Below are positions 6,982 to 13,448 of a stretch of 64,000 nucleotides of DNA, one piece after another; the stretch's first letter is position 1; every line of letters starts with the position of its first letter. Made by a program: the position numbers and the translations under genes. The stretch lies in IMG/VR virus record IMGVR_UViG_3300044961_000667, one strand, 5' to 3'. Source of the stretch: a virus (Duplodnaviria > Caudoviricetes). A model generated the notes under the pieces. It worked only from the letters and a program-made list of their open reading frames with translations, was not told where the DNA came from and searched no databases.

Positions 6982-7524
6982 TCAGTCTTCCAGCTCGGTG
7001 TTCCAGTACGCCACCGAGGCGAGCCACTGCTTCCACGGCTCGGGCATGCCCTTCTTCCAGGTGAAGGTGAGCCGCACCGACTCGGGCAACGACTTCGGCT
7101 TCACCGGCACCTGCAGGAGCTTCATGCCTGCCTGCGCTGGCGTCCGACCGCCCTTCTTCTGGTTGCAGGGCGTGCACGACACCACGATGTTCTCCCACGT
7201 CGTGTGGCCGCCCTGCGTGCGCGGGACGACGTGGTCGTACGTGAAGTCGTGCCTGGGCACCTTCGCCGAGCAGTACTGGCACTTGCCCTTGTCTCGCGTG
7301 AAGACGTTCTCGCGACTGAACTTGATCGCCTTCTTCTTGCCGCGGATCGCCCGGAGGAACCGGATCACCGACGGCACCTTGAACTCCAACGTCATCGAGC
7401 GGACGGTCTTGTCCTCGTACTCCTCGACGACTTCCACCTTCTCCTCCCAGAGGAGGGTGATCGCCCGTTGCCAGCTCACGCGGGCAACCGGGGTGTAGCC
7501 AACATCGAGCACCAGCGTTTCCAC
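6982..7524 (-). CDS. HNH endonuclease (McrA-like bacterial family)
   Basis: LVLDVGYTP…SWQRAITLL…PSVIR…FSRENVFTRDKGKCQYC…TYDHVVPRTQGG…WENIVVSCTPCNQKKG. Confidence 0.9.
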   Translation of the reverse strand: METLVLDVGYTPVARVSWQRAITLLWEEKVEVVEEYEDKTVRSMTLEFKVPSVIRFLRAIRGKKKAIKFSRENVFTRDKGKCQYCSAKVPRHDFTYDHVVPRTQGGHTTWENIVVSCTPCNQKKGGRTPAQAGMKLLQVPVKPKSLPESVRLTFTWKKGMPEPWKQWLASVAYWNTELED

Positions 7525-7562
7525 GTTGCCCGTCCTTTCTGCGGCCTTCGCCGCGGTGAGTG

Positions 7563-7647
7563 TAGTCCCGGCCGGACTCGAACCGGCACGGCCTTTGTGG
7601 CCACTGGGGTTTGAGCCCAGCGCGTCTACCGACTCCGCCACGGGACC
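7563..7647 (-). tRNA. tRNA-Leu(CAA)
   Basis: CTGGG-CTCAAAC-CCCAG, long variable arm. Confidence 0.88.
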
Positions 7648-7652
7648 ATCTG

Positions 7653-7741
7653 TGCTCGGGGCGAGACTCGAACTCGCATGAGGCTTTCGCCCCACCGGCT
7701 TCTGAGGCCGGCGTGTCTACCGAAGGTTCCACCACCCGAGC
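7653..7741 (-). tRNA. tRNA-Leu(CAG)
   Basis: CCGGC-CTCAGAA-GCCGG. Confidence 0.88.
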
Positions 7742-7752
7742 ATGCACTTCAG

Positions 7753-7839
7753 TGGTCCGGGCGAGAGTCGAACTCGCATGATCTTTCGATCGGCAGGCTC
7801 TCAACCTGCTGTGTCTACCGGAGGTTCCACCACCGGACC
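7753..7839 (-). tRNA. tRNA-Leu(GAG)
   Basis: GCAGG-TTGAGAG-CCTGC. Confidence 0.88.
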
Positions 7840-7843
7840 AAAG

Positions 7844-7916
7844 TACCCGCTCTCGGAATCGAACCGAGCCCTCCGCCTTGTGAAAACGGCGCTCTCACCA
7901 GTTGAGCTACGCGGGC
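7844..7916 (-). tRNA. tRNA-Val(CAC)
   Basis: CCGTT-TTCACAA-GGCGG. Confidence 0.82.
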
Positions 7917-7920
7917 ATGT

Positions 7921-7990
7921 CGTGAGCCTGGGAGTCGAACCCAGCTGGGCGGATTATGAGACCGCTGCCTTCCCTCGATGGCTTGCTCAC
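7921..7990 (-). tRNA. tRNA(CAT), Met or Ile2
   Basis: GCGGT-CTCATAA-TCCGC. Confidence 0.75.
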
Positions 7991-7994
7991 GGAG

Positions 7995-8067
7995 TAGCAG
8001 GGGCTGGGATCGAACCAGCGTTCTCCAGGTTATGAGCCTGGCGAGATGACCTCTTCTCCACCCTGCA
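7995..8067 (-). tRNA. tRNA-Met(CAT), initiator-like (1:72 mismatch)
   Basis: TGCAGGG/CCCTGCT, CCAGG-CTCATAA-CCTGG. Confidence 0.8.
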
Positions 8068-8068
8068 G

Positions 8069-8142
8069 TACTCCCGGAGGGACTCGAACCCCCAGCCTCT
8101 TCGTTCGTAGCGAAGCGATCTGATCCGTTGATCTACGGGAGC
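8069..8142 (-). tRNA. tRNA-Arg(ACG)
   Basis: CTTCG-CTACGAA-CGAAG. Confidence 0.88.
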
Positions 8143-8154
8143 ATCAAACAACAG

Positions 8155-8228
8155 CGGTCTCGGCGGGACTCGAACCCGCGGCCTTTCGCTTCGGAGGCGA
8201 ACGCTCTCATCCACTGAGCTACGAGACC
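8155..8228 (-). tRNA. tRNA-Arg(CCG)
   Basis: TTCGC-CTCCGAA-GCGAA. Confidence 0.9.
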
Positions 8229-8230
8229 AG

Positions 8231-8303
8231 CGTTCCCGGAGGGACTCGAACCCCCGACTTCTCCGTTAGGACCGGAGCACTCTTCCAACTGAGCTACGGG
8301 AAC
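8231..8303 (-). tRNA. tRNA-Arg(CCT)
   Basis: CTCCG-GTCCTAA-CGGAG. Confidence 0.85.
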
Positions 8304-8309
8304 ATCCTG

Positions 8310-8380
<71 letters not shown>

Positions 8381-8779
8381 TCAACCAACCACGTACTTCT
8401 CAGCCAACTTCACACCGGACTTCTGACCGTTCTTGGCAGGCTCGACCCGAAGCTGCCCGCCAACGGCCCCAACCTCCTCGACCGGGACCAGATACACCGC
8501 ATCCAACTCTGGGCAGTGGACGCCGAAGAACTCGACCTCACCGCGGTACGACTTTCTCCCAGTCCCTCGGTGAGCCGAGTTGCTGCTGGTGTCGAAGACA
8601 ACCGCTCCATTCTTGAGCCGCCCAGTCTTGCACTGCACTCGCTGGAACCCGGCATCAGTGTCGATCACCAGGTCGTAGCGCTGGTTCTCTCCAATCGGGA
8701 GCAGCACCGTCCTCCCGGTCTTGAGCAACGCCGCCATCACCGCACCCTCTGTTCTCGTCCCCTGCGCCTTGGTGTTCAT
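8381..8779 (-). CDS. PD-(D/E)XK endonuclease (I-Ssp6803I / PDDEXK_5-like)
   Basis: G..TE…PIGENQRYDLVID…FQRVQCKTGR…YRGEVEFFGVHCPELDAVYLVP. Confidence 0.85.
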   Translation of the reverse strand: MNTKAQGTRTEGAVMAALLKTGRTVLLPIGENQRYDLVIDTDAGFQRVQCKTGRLKNGAVVFDTSSNSAHRGTGRKSYRGEVEFFGVHCPELDAVYLVPVEEVGAVGGQLRVEPAKNGQKSGVKLAEKYVVG

Positions 8780-8799
8780 GCTCCACATCTACCACACCG

Positions 8800-8841
8800 C
8801 TCGGACACCAGCCGAGTGCTCTGCCTTCGAGCTGCGGGGGC
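8800..8841 (-). pseudogene. 5' remnant of tRNA-Thr(GGT)
   Basis: GCCCCCG CA GCTC GAAGGCA GAGC A CTCGG CTGGTGT CCGAG, no T arm. Confidence 0.7.
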
Positions 8842-8845
8842 GCTG

Positions 8846-8918
8846 TGGATCTGGCCGGACTCGAACCGGCAACCTTCTGCGTGCAAAGCAGCCGCTCTCC
8901 CATTGGAGCTACAGACCC
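8846..8918 (-). tRNA. tRNA-Ala(TGC)
   Basis: TTTGCAC loop, G3-U70. Confidence 0.88.
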
Positions 8919-8923
8919 TTCAG

Positions 8924-8996
8924 TGGAACCGGCGGGACTTGAACCCGCCACCTCTCGCATGCGAAGCGAGCGCTCTCCCAGATGAGCTACGGCCCC
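8924..8996 (-). tRNA. tRNA-Ala(CGC)
   Basis: CTCGC-TTCGCAT-GCGAG. Confidence 0.88.
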
Positions 8997-9001
8997 AGGT
9001 G

Positions 9002-9072
9002 TGCGCGAGCAGGGAGTCGAACCCTGTCGTCTCCCGCGTCGGGGGAGTGCTCTACCGGTGAGCTACACGCGC
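9002..9072 (-). tRNA. tRNA-Val(GAC) with C33
   Basis: CTCCC-CCGACGC-GGGAG. Confidence 0.75.
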
Positions 9073-9161
9073 ATGGGCAGGCGGTGCTTTCGCCGAGCTG
9101 CCAGCAGTCACCACGTTCGTGACCCCGGCCCTGCTCGGTAGACTGCCACCTCTCCTGCTTG

Positions 9162-9234
9162 TGGACCCGGCGGGGATCGAACCCGCTACCTCTCGCATGC
9201 CATGCGAGCGCTCTCCCAAGTGAGCTACAGGCCC
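9162..9234 (-). tRNA. tRNA-Ala(GGC)
   Basis: CTCGC-ATGGCAT-GCGAG. Confidence 0.88.
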
Positions 9235-9326
9235 TAAGCGAGGCAGTTCGTAACGCTGCCTGCCCGGCTTTCCACCGGCGCGGGTTGATCAGACCCACGA
9301 GACTTGCCCGGAGCGACCGGGCCATG

Positions 9327-9399
9327 TGCCGTCCCTCGGAATCGAACCGAGATCCTCCGCTCTTCAGGCGGGTGCATGGACCACCACTGCCAAGACGGC
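9327..9399 (-). tRNA. tRNA-Phe(GAA)
   Basis: CCCGC-CTGAAGA-GCGGA. Confidence 0.82.
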
Positions 9400-9408
9400 G
9401 TACTTCAG

Positions 9409-9480
9409 CGGACCCGAACGGAATCGAACCGTCCTCGCCGGCGTGACAGGCCGGTCGCCTCACCAGATGCGTACGGATCC
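9409..9480 (-). tRNA. tRNA-Asp(GTC)
   Basis: CCGGC-CTGTCAC-GCCGG. Confidence 0.85.
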
Positions 9481-9485
9481 AACAG

Positions 9486-9568
9486 GGCGACTGGAGAGAA
9501 TCGAACTCTCACTGAGCTTTCGCTCGCGGGGTCACAACCCGCTGGGAACCCATTTCCCATCAGCCGCC
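9486..9568 (-). tRNA. tRNA-His(GTG) with long variable arm
   Basis: G-1:C73, GCGGG-TTGTGAC-CCCGC, GAGC-GAAA-GCTC variable hairpin. Confidence 0.8.
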
Positions 9569-9576
9569 AGAAGAAA

Positions 9577-9696
9577 TCTGCTCCACCCGAGTGAGGAAGG
9601 CATGAAACGGGTTTGAACCGTCTGGTCGATTTAGCAGATCGACTGATCACCAAGATCAGTAGTGCGTGTGAGCCATCCTCGGCCGGGTGGTGCAGA
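9577..9696 (-). ncRNA. tRNA-mimic-like structured RNA with extended closing stem
   Basis: D-like, anticodon-like and T-like hairpins closed by about 21 bp of interrupted terminal helix. Confidence 0.5.
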
Positions 9697-9697
9697 G

Positions 9698-9769
9698 TCC
9701 GCCGCAGTGGAATCGAACCACTTGCCTCTCGCTTATCAGGCGAGTGCTCTTCCAGTGAGCTACCGGCGG
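9698..9769 (-). tRNA. tRNA-Ile(GAT)
   Basis: CTCGC-CTGATAA-GCGAG. Confidence 0.82.
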
Positions 9770-9778
9770 GCACGTCAG

Positions 9779-9852
9779 TCAGGGTGGCTGGGATCGAACC
9801 AGCGACCTCCTGCATCCGAAGCAGGCGCGCTACCAGGCTGCGCTACACCCTG
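9779..9852 (-). tRNA. tRNA-Pro(CGG)
   Basis: CCTGC-TTCGGAT-GCAGG. Confidence 0.9.
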
Positions 9853-9862
9853 TTGAGTCAAG

Positions 9863-9899
9863 TCAGGTCGGCTGGGATCGAACCAGCGATCTCCTGCAT
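9863..9899 (-). pseudogene. 3' half of split tRNA-Pro
   Basis: AT GCAGG AGATC GCTGG TTCGATC CCAGC CGACCTG A. Confidence 0.8.
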
Positions 9900-10327
9900 C
9901 ACCAGACGTGGTCACTGGCCAGCAGGATGTTCTTCTTGGCCCCATTCGCGGGGGCCTCCAATCTCACATGCAGGATCGACTTCCCCTGGAACTCCTCAGG
10001 CAGGAAGGCCGTCACCACGTCCATCTCAGGCAGATACACCAGAAGCAGGTCAACCTCCCCGACCTCATACTTCTTGAACGACTTGTTGCTCGGTCCCACC
10101 CACGTCCTCAGAGCCACAGTCGCCACGCCGGACGAATGAGACGACTTGCCGCCTCCATACTTCGCTTGGGCCCGGATCAACCTAACACCATCATCCAGAA
10201 CCAGATCGTACCTGGCATCGGTTGTGGGCCGACTGACGACAAACCCCTTCTCAATCGCCCTCTGCTGCGCCTTCAGCGATGCCACTTCACCCTTCTGCCT
10301 GGTGTCCACTTCTCTTGCGTACCACAC
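9899..10327 (-). CDS. PD-(D/E)XK endonuclease (PDDEXK_5-like)
   Basis: KGEVA…VSRPTTDARYDLVLDDG…RAQAK…YEVGEVDLLLVY; paralogous to 8381-8779. Confidence 0.82.
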   Translation of the reverse strand: MWYAREVDTRQKGEVASLKAQQRAIEKGFVVSRPTTDARYDLVLDDGVRLIRAQAKYGGGKSSHSSGVATVALRTWVGPSNKSFKKYEVGEVDLLLVYLPEMDVVTAFLPEEFQGKSILHVRLEAPANGAKKNILLASDHVW

Positions 10328-10340
10328 AGGAGAACATCTG

Positions 10341-10412
10341 TCGAAGAGACTGGACTCGAACCAGCATCCTCACGGCCCCCAGCCGTGCGCTCCACCATTG
10401 AGCTACTCCTCG
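10341..10412 (-). tRNA. tRNA-Pro(GGG)
   Basis: CGAGGAG/CTCTTCG, CACGG-CTGGGGG-CCGTG. Confidence 0.82.
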
Positions 10413-10417
10413 TCACG

Positions 10418-10452
10418 CCCGAGCAGGCGCGGTACCACTCCGCTACGACCTG
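10418..10452 (-). pseudogene. 5' half of split tRNA-Pro
   Basis: CAGGTCG TA GCGG AGTGGTA CCGC G CCTGC TCGGG; pairs perfectly with 9863-9899. Confidence 0.8.
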
Positions 10453-10456
10453 AAAG

Positions 10457-10528
10457 TCTGGAAGGCGGGGATCGAACCCGCGACCTCTCGCGTCCAAGGC
10501 GAGCGCCCTACCGCTGGACTACTTCCAG
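10457..10528 (-). tRNA. tRNA-Pro(TGG)
   Basis: CTCGC-CTTGGAC-GCGAG. Confidence 0.85.
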
Positions 10529-10532
10529 TTGT

Positions 10533-10544
10533 GCAATCGATTGC
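10533..10544. promoter_or_regulatory. GCAATCGATTGC palindrome copy 3
   Basis: Exact 12-mer, 4 nt upstream of tRNA-Pro(TGG). Confidence 0.7.
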
Positions 10545-10552
10545 GTTCAAAA

Positions 10553-10712
10553 CTGTGCAGTGCGGACTGGCGGTTTGCACCCGCTGCACCGCATTGTCGG
10601 CCTGGCCTCAATAGGCCGCACGGTCCCACGCCGTCGAACGCCAGGACCTGCACCAACCACCGCCATGTTCGACCTGCCAAGCGGTGCCCGTTCATGCCGG
10701 GATGCTGCACAG
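10553..10712 (-). ncRNA. Candidate 160-nt structured RNA
   Basis: CTGTGCAG…CTGCACAG terminal helix followed by TTTT; several internal hairpins. Confidence 0.45.
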
Positions 10713-10784
10713 TACCCCGTACGAGAATCGAACTCGTTTCGCTCGCTTGAAGGGCGAGGGGCCTAACCAATGGCCGAACGGGGC
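10713..10784 (-). tRNA. tRNA-Glu(TTC) with C33
   Basis: CTCGC-CCTTCAA-GCGAG. Confidence 0.8.
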
Positions 10785-11119
10785 TTCTCTGCTCGATCAT
10801 GCGTCCTCTGCCGATGACAGTTGGCGCAGACCACTTCACATTTCTCGATCTCGGCTACGACCTTCTCAGGTCCGACACCGTGCCTCTTGAACTGCCCCAG
10901 GCTGAACTCCTTCCGACCCCTGACGTGATCAAAGTCCATCACCCATGGCGGATAGGCGACACCGCAGTCCGCGCACGGCCTGGACTTGGCTTTGTCGATG
11001 ATCGCCTTGATCGTCTCTTTGTAGGCCGCTGCCGCTCTGATGTACGAGATCTTGTTCTTCTCGTAGTGCCTGCGGCTGTACTCGGCCTGCTTCGACTTCG
11101 ACGGCTCTCTGAGCGGCAT
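10763..11119 (-). CDS. HNH endonuclease (paralog of 4452-4979)
   Basis: PCADCG…WVMDFDHVRG…KCEVVCANCHRQRT; stop lies inside tRNA-Glu. Confidence 0.85.
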   Translation of the reverse strand: MPLREPSKSKQAEYSRRHYEKNKISYIRAAAAYKETIKAIIDKAKSRPCADCGVAYPPWVMDFDHVRGRKEFSLGQFKRHGVGPEKVVAEIEKCEVVCANCHRQRTHDRAEKPRSAIG

Positions 11120-11129
11120 TCTTCGTCAT

Positions 11130-11198
11130 ACCACTTGACGAACCTTTCGTCACTCCACCTTGAAAGGGTGTCGGCCTCACCTGAAGCACCAACGGGGC
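11130..11198 (-). pseudogene. 5' remnant of tRNA-Glu(TTC)
   Basis: GCCCCGT…ACACC CTTTCAA GGTGG then a decayed T arm and no 3' acceptor strand. Confidence 0.7.
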
Positions 11199-11203
11199 TG
11201 AAG

Positions 11204-11274
11204 TACCGCGTACGGGTGTCGAACCCGTCTCACTGGGCTGAGAACCCAGGGACCTCCCGGAAGTCGAACGCGGC
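11204..11274 (-). tRNA. tRNA-Glu(CTC)
   Basis: CTGGG-TTCTCAG-CCCAG. Confidence 0.82.
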
Positions 11275-11280
11275 TTGAAG

Positions 11281-11353
11281 AGGCGGAGGCGGGAGTCGAA
11301 CCCGCTCGATGTCGGTTTTGCAGACCGATGCCTTCCCAGTTGGCTACTCCGCC
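11281..11353 (-). tRNA. tRNA-Cys(GCA)
   Basis: TCGGT-CTGCAAA-ACCGA, U73. Confidence 0.88.
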
Positions 11354-11375
11354 AGGGAAAGACGAGACTGTGCAC

Positions 11376-11732
11376 ATGAAGCGCGTGCTGTGCCTTGATG
11401 ACGACGACATGGTGGCCCGGCTCATCGCCGAGGTGGTCGAGTTCTGCGGACACGAGCCCGTTCGAGAGAGCGACCCGCTGAAGGCTTCCTCGGACCACCT
11501 CCACGACCGGAAGATCGCTGCGGTGCTCACCGACTACATGATGCCTCGCCTCGATGGCGTCGACGTTCTGGTGGTCTGGCAGGAGTCTCGACCCGAGGTG
11601 CGCCGAGTGCTGATCACCGCGGCCCCGAACGAGCCGGCGGTGAAAGAGGCCCTCCGCACCGGCGTCGCTCAGATGGTGATCGCTAAGCCTCCGACGATCG
11701 CCGACATCAAGATGGCCCTGGCCTGGCTCTGA
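11376..11732 (+). CDS. Single-domain response regulator (CheY-like receiver)
   Basis: RVLCLDDD…VLTDYMMPRLDG…VLITAA…IAKP: acidic pair, phospho-Asp, Thr, Lys all present. Confidence 0.9.
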   Translation: MKRVLCLDDDDMVARLIAEVVEFCGHEPVRESDPLKASSDHLHDRKIAAVLTDYMMPRLDGVDVLVVWQESRPEVRRVLITAAPNEPAVKEALRTGVAQMVIAKPPTIADIKMALAWL

Positions 11733-11733
11733 G

Positions 11734-12297
11734 CTACCGCTTCTTCCTCGCCAGTCGCTCCTCCAGCTGCTGAACCGACATCTGGATGGAGTCGTTGATC
11801 GACCGCATCATGTCCTGCCGGAGCTTGTACTCCAGCTCCTGCAGCTTCTTGTCGGAGGCGTCCTTCGACTCCTTCTCGCGCTGGCGGTAGTACTCACCCT
11901 GTTTCTCGATGCGCTGGTCCACCGCCTGCCGGATCTCCGAGACCGTTCCCTTCATGGCCTCGATGGCCGACAGCACCTGCTTCATCTCGGTCTGAACGTT
12001 GCCGACCGACTTGTCGATACCGGCCAGGGCGTCGCTCTGCTCGTCGAACTTGTCGTCGTGCTCGTCGAGCCGCTCTTCGGTCTTCTGCTTGTCCTTGTCC
12101 TCGCGGTCGACCGTCCGCGAGCCCAGCCACTTGACGAAGCCAACGACGGCTCCGATCAACTGGGTGACGACTGCTGCTCCGACCAGCAAGTACAGCCCGG
12201 TCAGCCCGTCACCTGCTGGCGCTGGCGGTGGGGTTGCTGCTGCGGCTCCTGCCGCCGCCGCCGCCGCCGGGCCCGCCGCCAAGATCAACAGGTTCAA
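11734..12297 (-). CDS. Membrane protein with coiled-coil tail (holin-like?)
   Basis: One hydrophobic helix LYLLVGAAVVTQLIGAVVGFVKWL followed by a long charged coiled coil. Confidence 0.6.
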   Translation of the reverse strand: MNLLILAAGPAAAAAAGAAAATPPPAPAGDGLTGLYLLVGAAVVTQLIGAVVGFVKWLGSRTVDREDKDKQKTEERLDEHDDKFDEQSDALAGIDKSVGNVQTEMKQVLSAIEAMKGTVSEIRQAVDQRIEKQGEYYRQREKESKDASDKKLQELEYKLRQDMMRSINDSIQMSVQQLEERLARKKR

Positions 12298-12300
12298 GAA

Positions 12301-12657
12301 CTACTCCTTGCTCGACAGATCGTCGTCGTCGTCGGGCTCTTCAGAGGGCACCGCCGACACCGGAGTCGCTGGCGGGAGGTTCACCTGCAGCTTGGCCGCA
12401 ATGGCGTCCACCACCTTCGACGTGTGCCGGCTTTCCATCTGCATCGACATCATCAGCTTCTCGCCTCGGAGCGTGCGCTCGTCGACATGCTTCACGGCGG
12501 TCTTCAGTGCCGCCAGGTCCTCGCCGAAGCCGGCCATTTTGGACCTCATCTCGTGCATGTCCTCTTCGAGCTTTGCCACTCGCGAGGCCAGGCTGATGGC
12601 CGTCGGCTTCCGCTTTCTTGGGGCCGTACGGAGGCCCCTCCCTCTGGTGTCACGCAA
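12301..12657 (-). CDS. Coiled-coil hypothetical protein
   Basis: Heptad pattern, basic N-terminus, acidic C-terminus. Confidence 0.6.
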   Translation of the reverse strand: MRDTRGRGLRTAPRKRKPTAISLASRVAKLEEDMHEMRSKMAGFGEDLAALKTAVKHVDERTLRGEKLMMSMQMESRHTSKVVDAIAAKLQVNLPPATPVSAVPSEEPDDDDDLSSKE

Positions 12658-12766
12658 AGTCGCTCTCCGAAGAAGCGGTCCACGGTCGTGGTTCTCTCAC
12701 GGCCTGCTGTTGGTTGACTGCTCCATCTTTCGCCCTCTTCTGGGCATCCGTCAACTGTCACTGATG

Positions 12767-12841
12767 CGTACCCTCTCGGAATCGAACCGAGCACCGTCGG
12801 CTTAACAGGCCGCTGCTATCAACCAGACCAGCTCAGGGCAC
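12767..12841 (-). tRNA. tRNA-Asn(GTT)
   Basis: CTGTTAA loop. Confidence 0.75.
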
Positions 12842-12847
12842 ATCGTA

Positions 12848-12918
12848 CTGGGGAGGAAGGGATCGAACCTTCTCCGTCGGCTTCAGAGACCGCTGCGCTA
12901 CCCTTGCGCCACTCCCCA
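12848..12918 (-). tRNA. tRNA-Gln(CTG)
   Basis: CTCTGAA loop, TGGGGAG acceptor. Confidence 0.85.
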
Positions 12919-12930
12919 ATGTCTTTCGCT

Positions 12931-12997
12931 CAGGGGCCCTGGGAATCGAACCCAGCTCGTCGGCTTCAAAGGCCGACTCACTCCCTGAGTACCCCTC
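12931..12997 (-). tRNA. tRNA-Gln(TTG), irregular
   Basis: TCGGC-CTTTGAA-GCCGA; short D region. Confidence 0.6.
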
Positions 12998-13001
12998 CAT
13001 G

Positions 13002-13073
13002 AGCGGGTGGCGAGGATCGAACTCGCGCATCCTGGGTTGGAAGCCCAGAGCCTTTCCGCTTGGCTACACCCGC
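13002..13073 (-). tRNA. tRNA-Gly(TCC)
   Basis: CTGGG-CTTCCAA-CCCAG. Confidence 0.88.
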
Positions 13074-13076
13074 ATG

Positions 13077-13147
13077 TACCGCCGCTGGGGATCGAACCCA
13101 GTCCCTCCGCTTAAAAGGCGGTTGCTCTACCCTTGAGCTACGACGGC
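13077..13147 (-). tRNA. tRNA-Lys(TTT)
   Basis: CTTTTAA loop. Confidence 0.85.
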
Positions 13148-13204
13148 GCGTGGACCTGCGCCGTCGCGTTTCATCTTCGTCTTCATCGTCGTCTCCTTGT
13201 CGAG

Positions 13205-13292
13205 TGGTGGGAAGGCTCGGAGTCGAGCCGAGCTGGGACGCAATGCCACCCGCTTTACAGGCGGGCCACGAGCCCTACGTGTCTACCTTCCC
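13205..13292 (-). tRNA. tRNA-Tyr(GTA), encoded CCA
   Basis: CCCGC-CTGTAAA-GCGGG, long variable arm. Confidence 0.82.
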
Positions 13293-13295
13293 ATG

Positions 13296-13366
13296 AGCGG
13301 CATCCGGGAATCGAACCCGGTTCAGTGGCCTGGCAGACCACGGCCCAACCAATAGACCAATGCCGC
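13296..13366 (-). tRNA. tRNA-Gly(GCC)
   Basis: GTGGT-CTGCCAG-GCCAC. Confidence 0.85.
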
Positions 13367-13448
13367 ATACGGCTTTGTCGCTGACGGCCGCGCAGATCCT
13401 CGTGCGGAATGCACGAAGGACTGAACGTCTGCCGGCGACAGAAGCCAG

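Noticed and set aside
9240-9323. Hammerhead ribozyme (CTGATCA…GAAA)
   Set aside because: The core would have a C3/C8 mismatch and the stems do not fit
9577-9696. YrlA Y RNA
   Set aside because: YrlA is permuted (T, acceptor hairpin, D), whereas this element runs D, anticodon, T; kept as an unnamed mimic
9900-10417. Group I intron in tRNA-Pro
   Set aside because: The insert is filled by a tRNA and an ORF; no ribozyme core and no suitable exon-terminal U
8780-11135. GTGGTA motif upstream of three endonuclease genes as a promoter
   Set aside because: Only 6 nt, and the following hexamers do not match a -10 consensus; insufficient support
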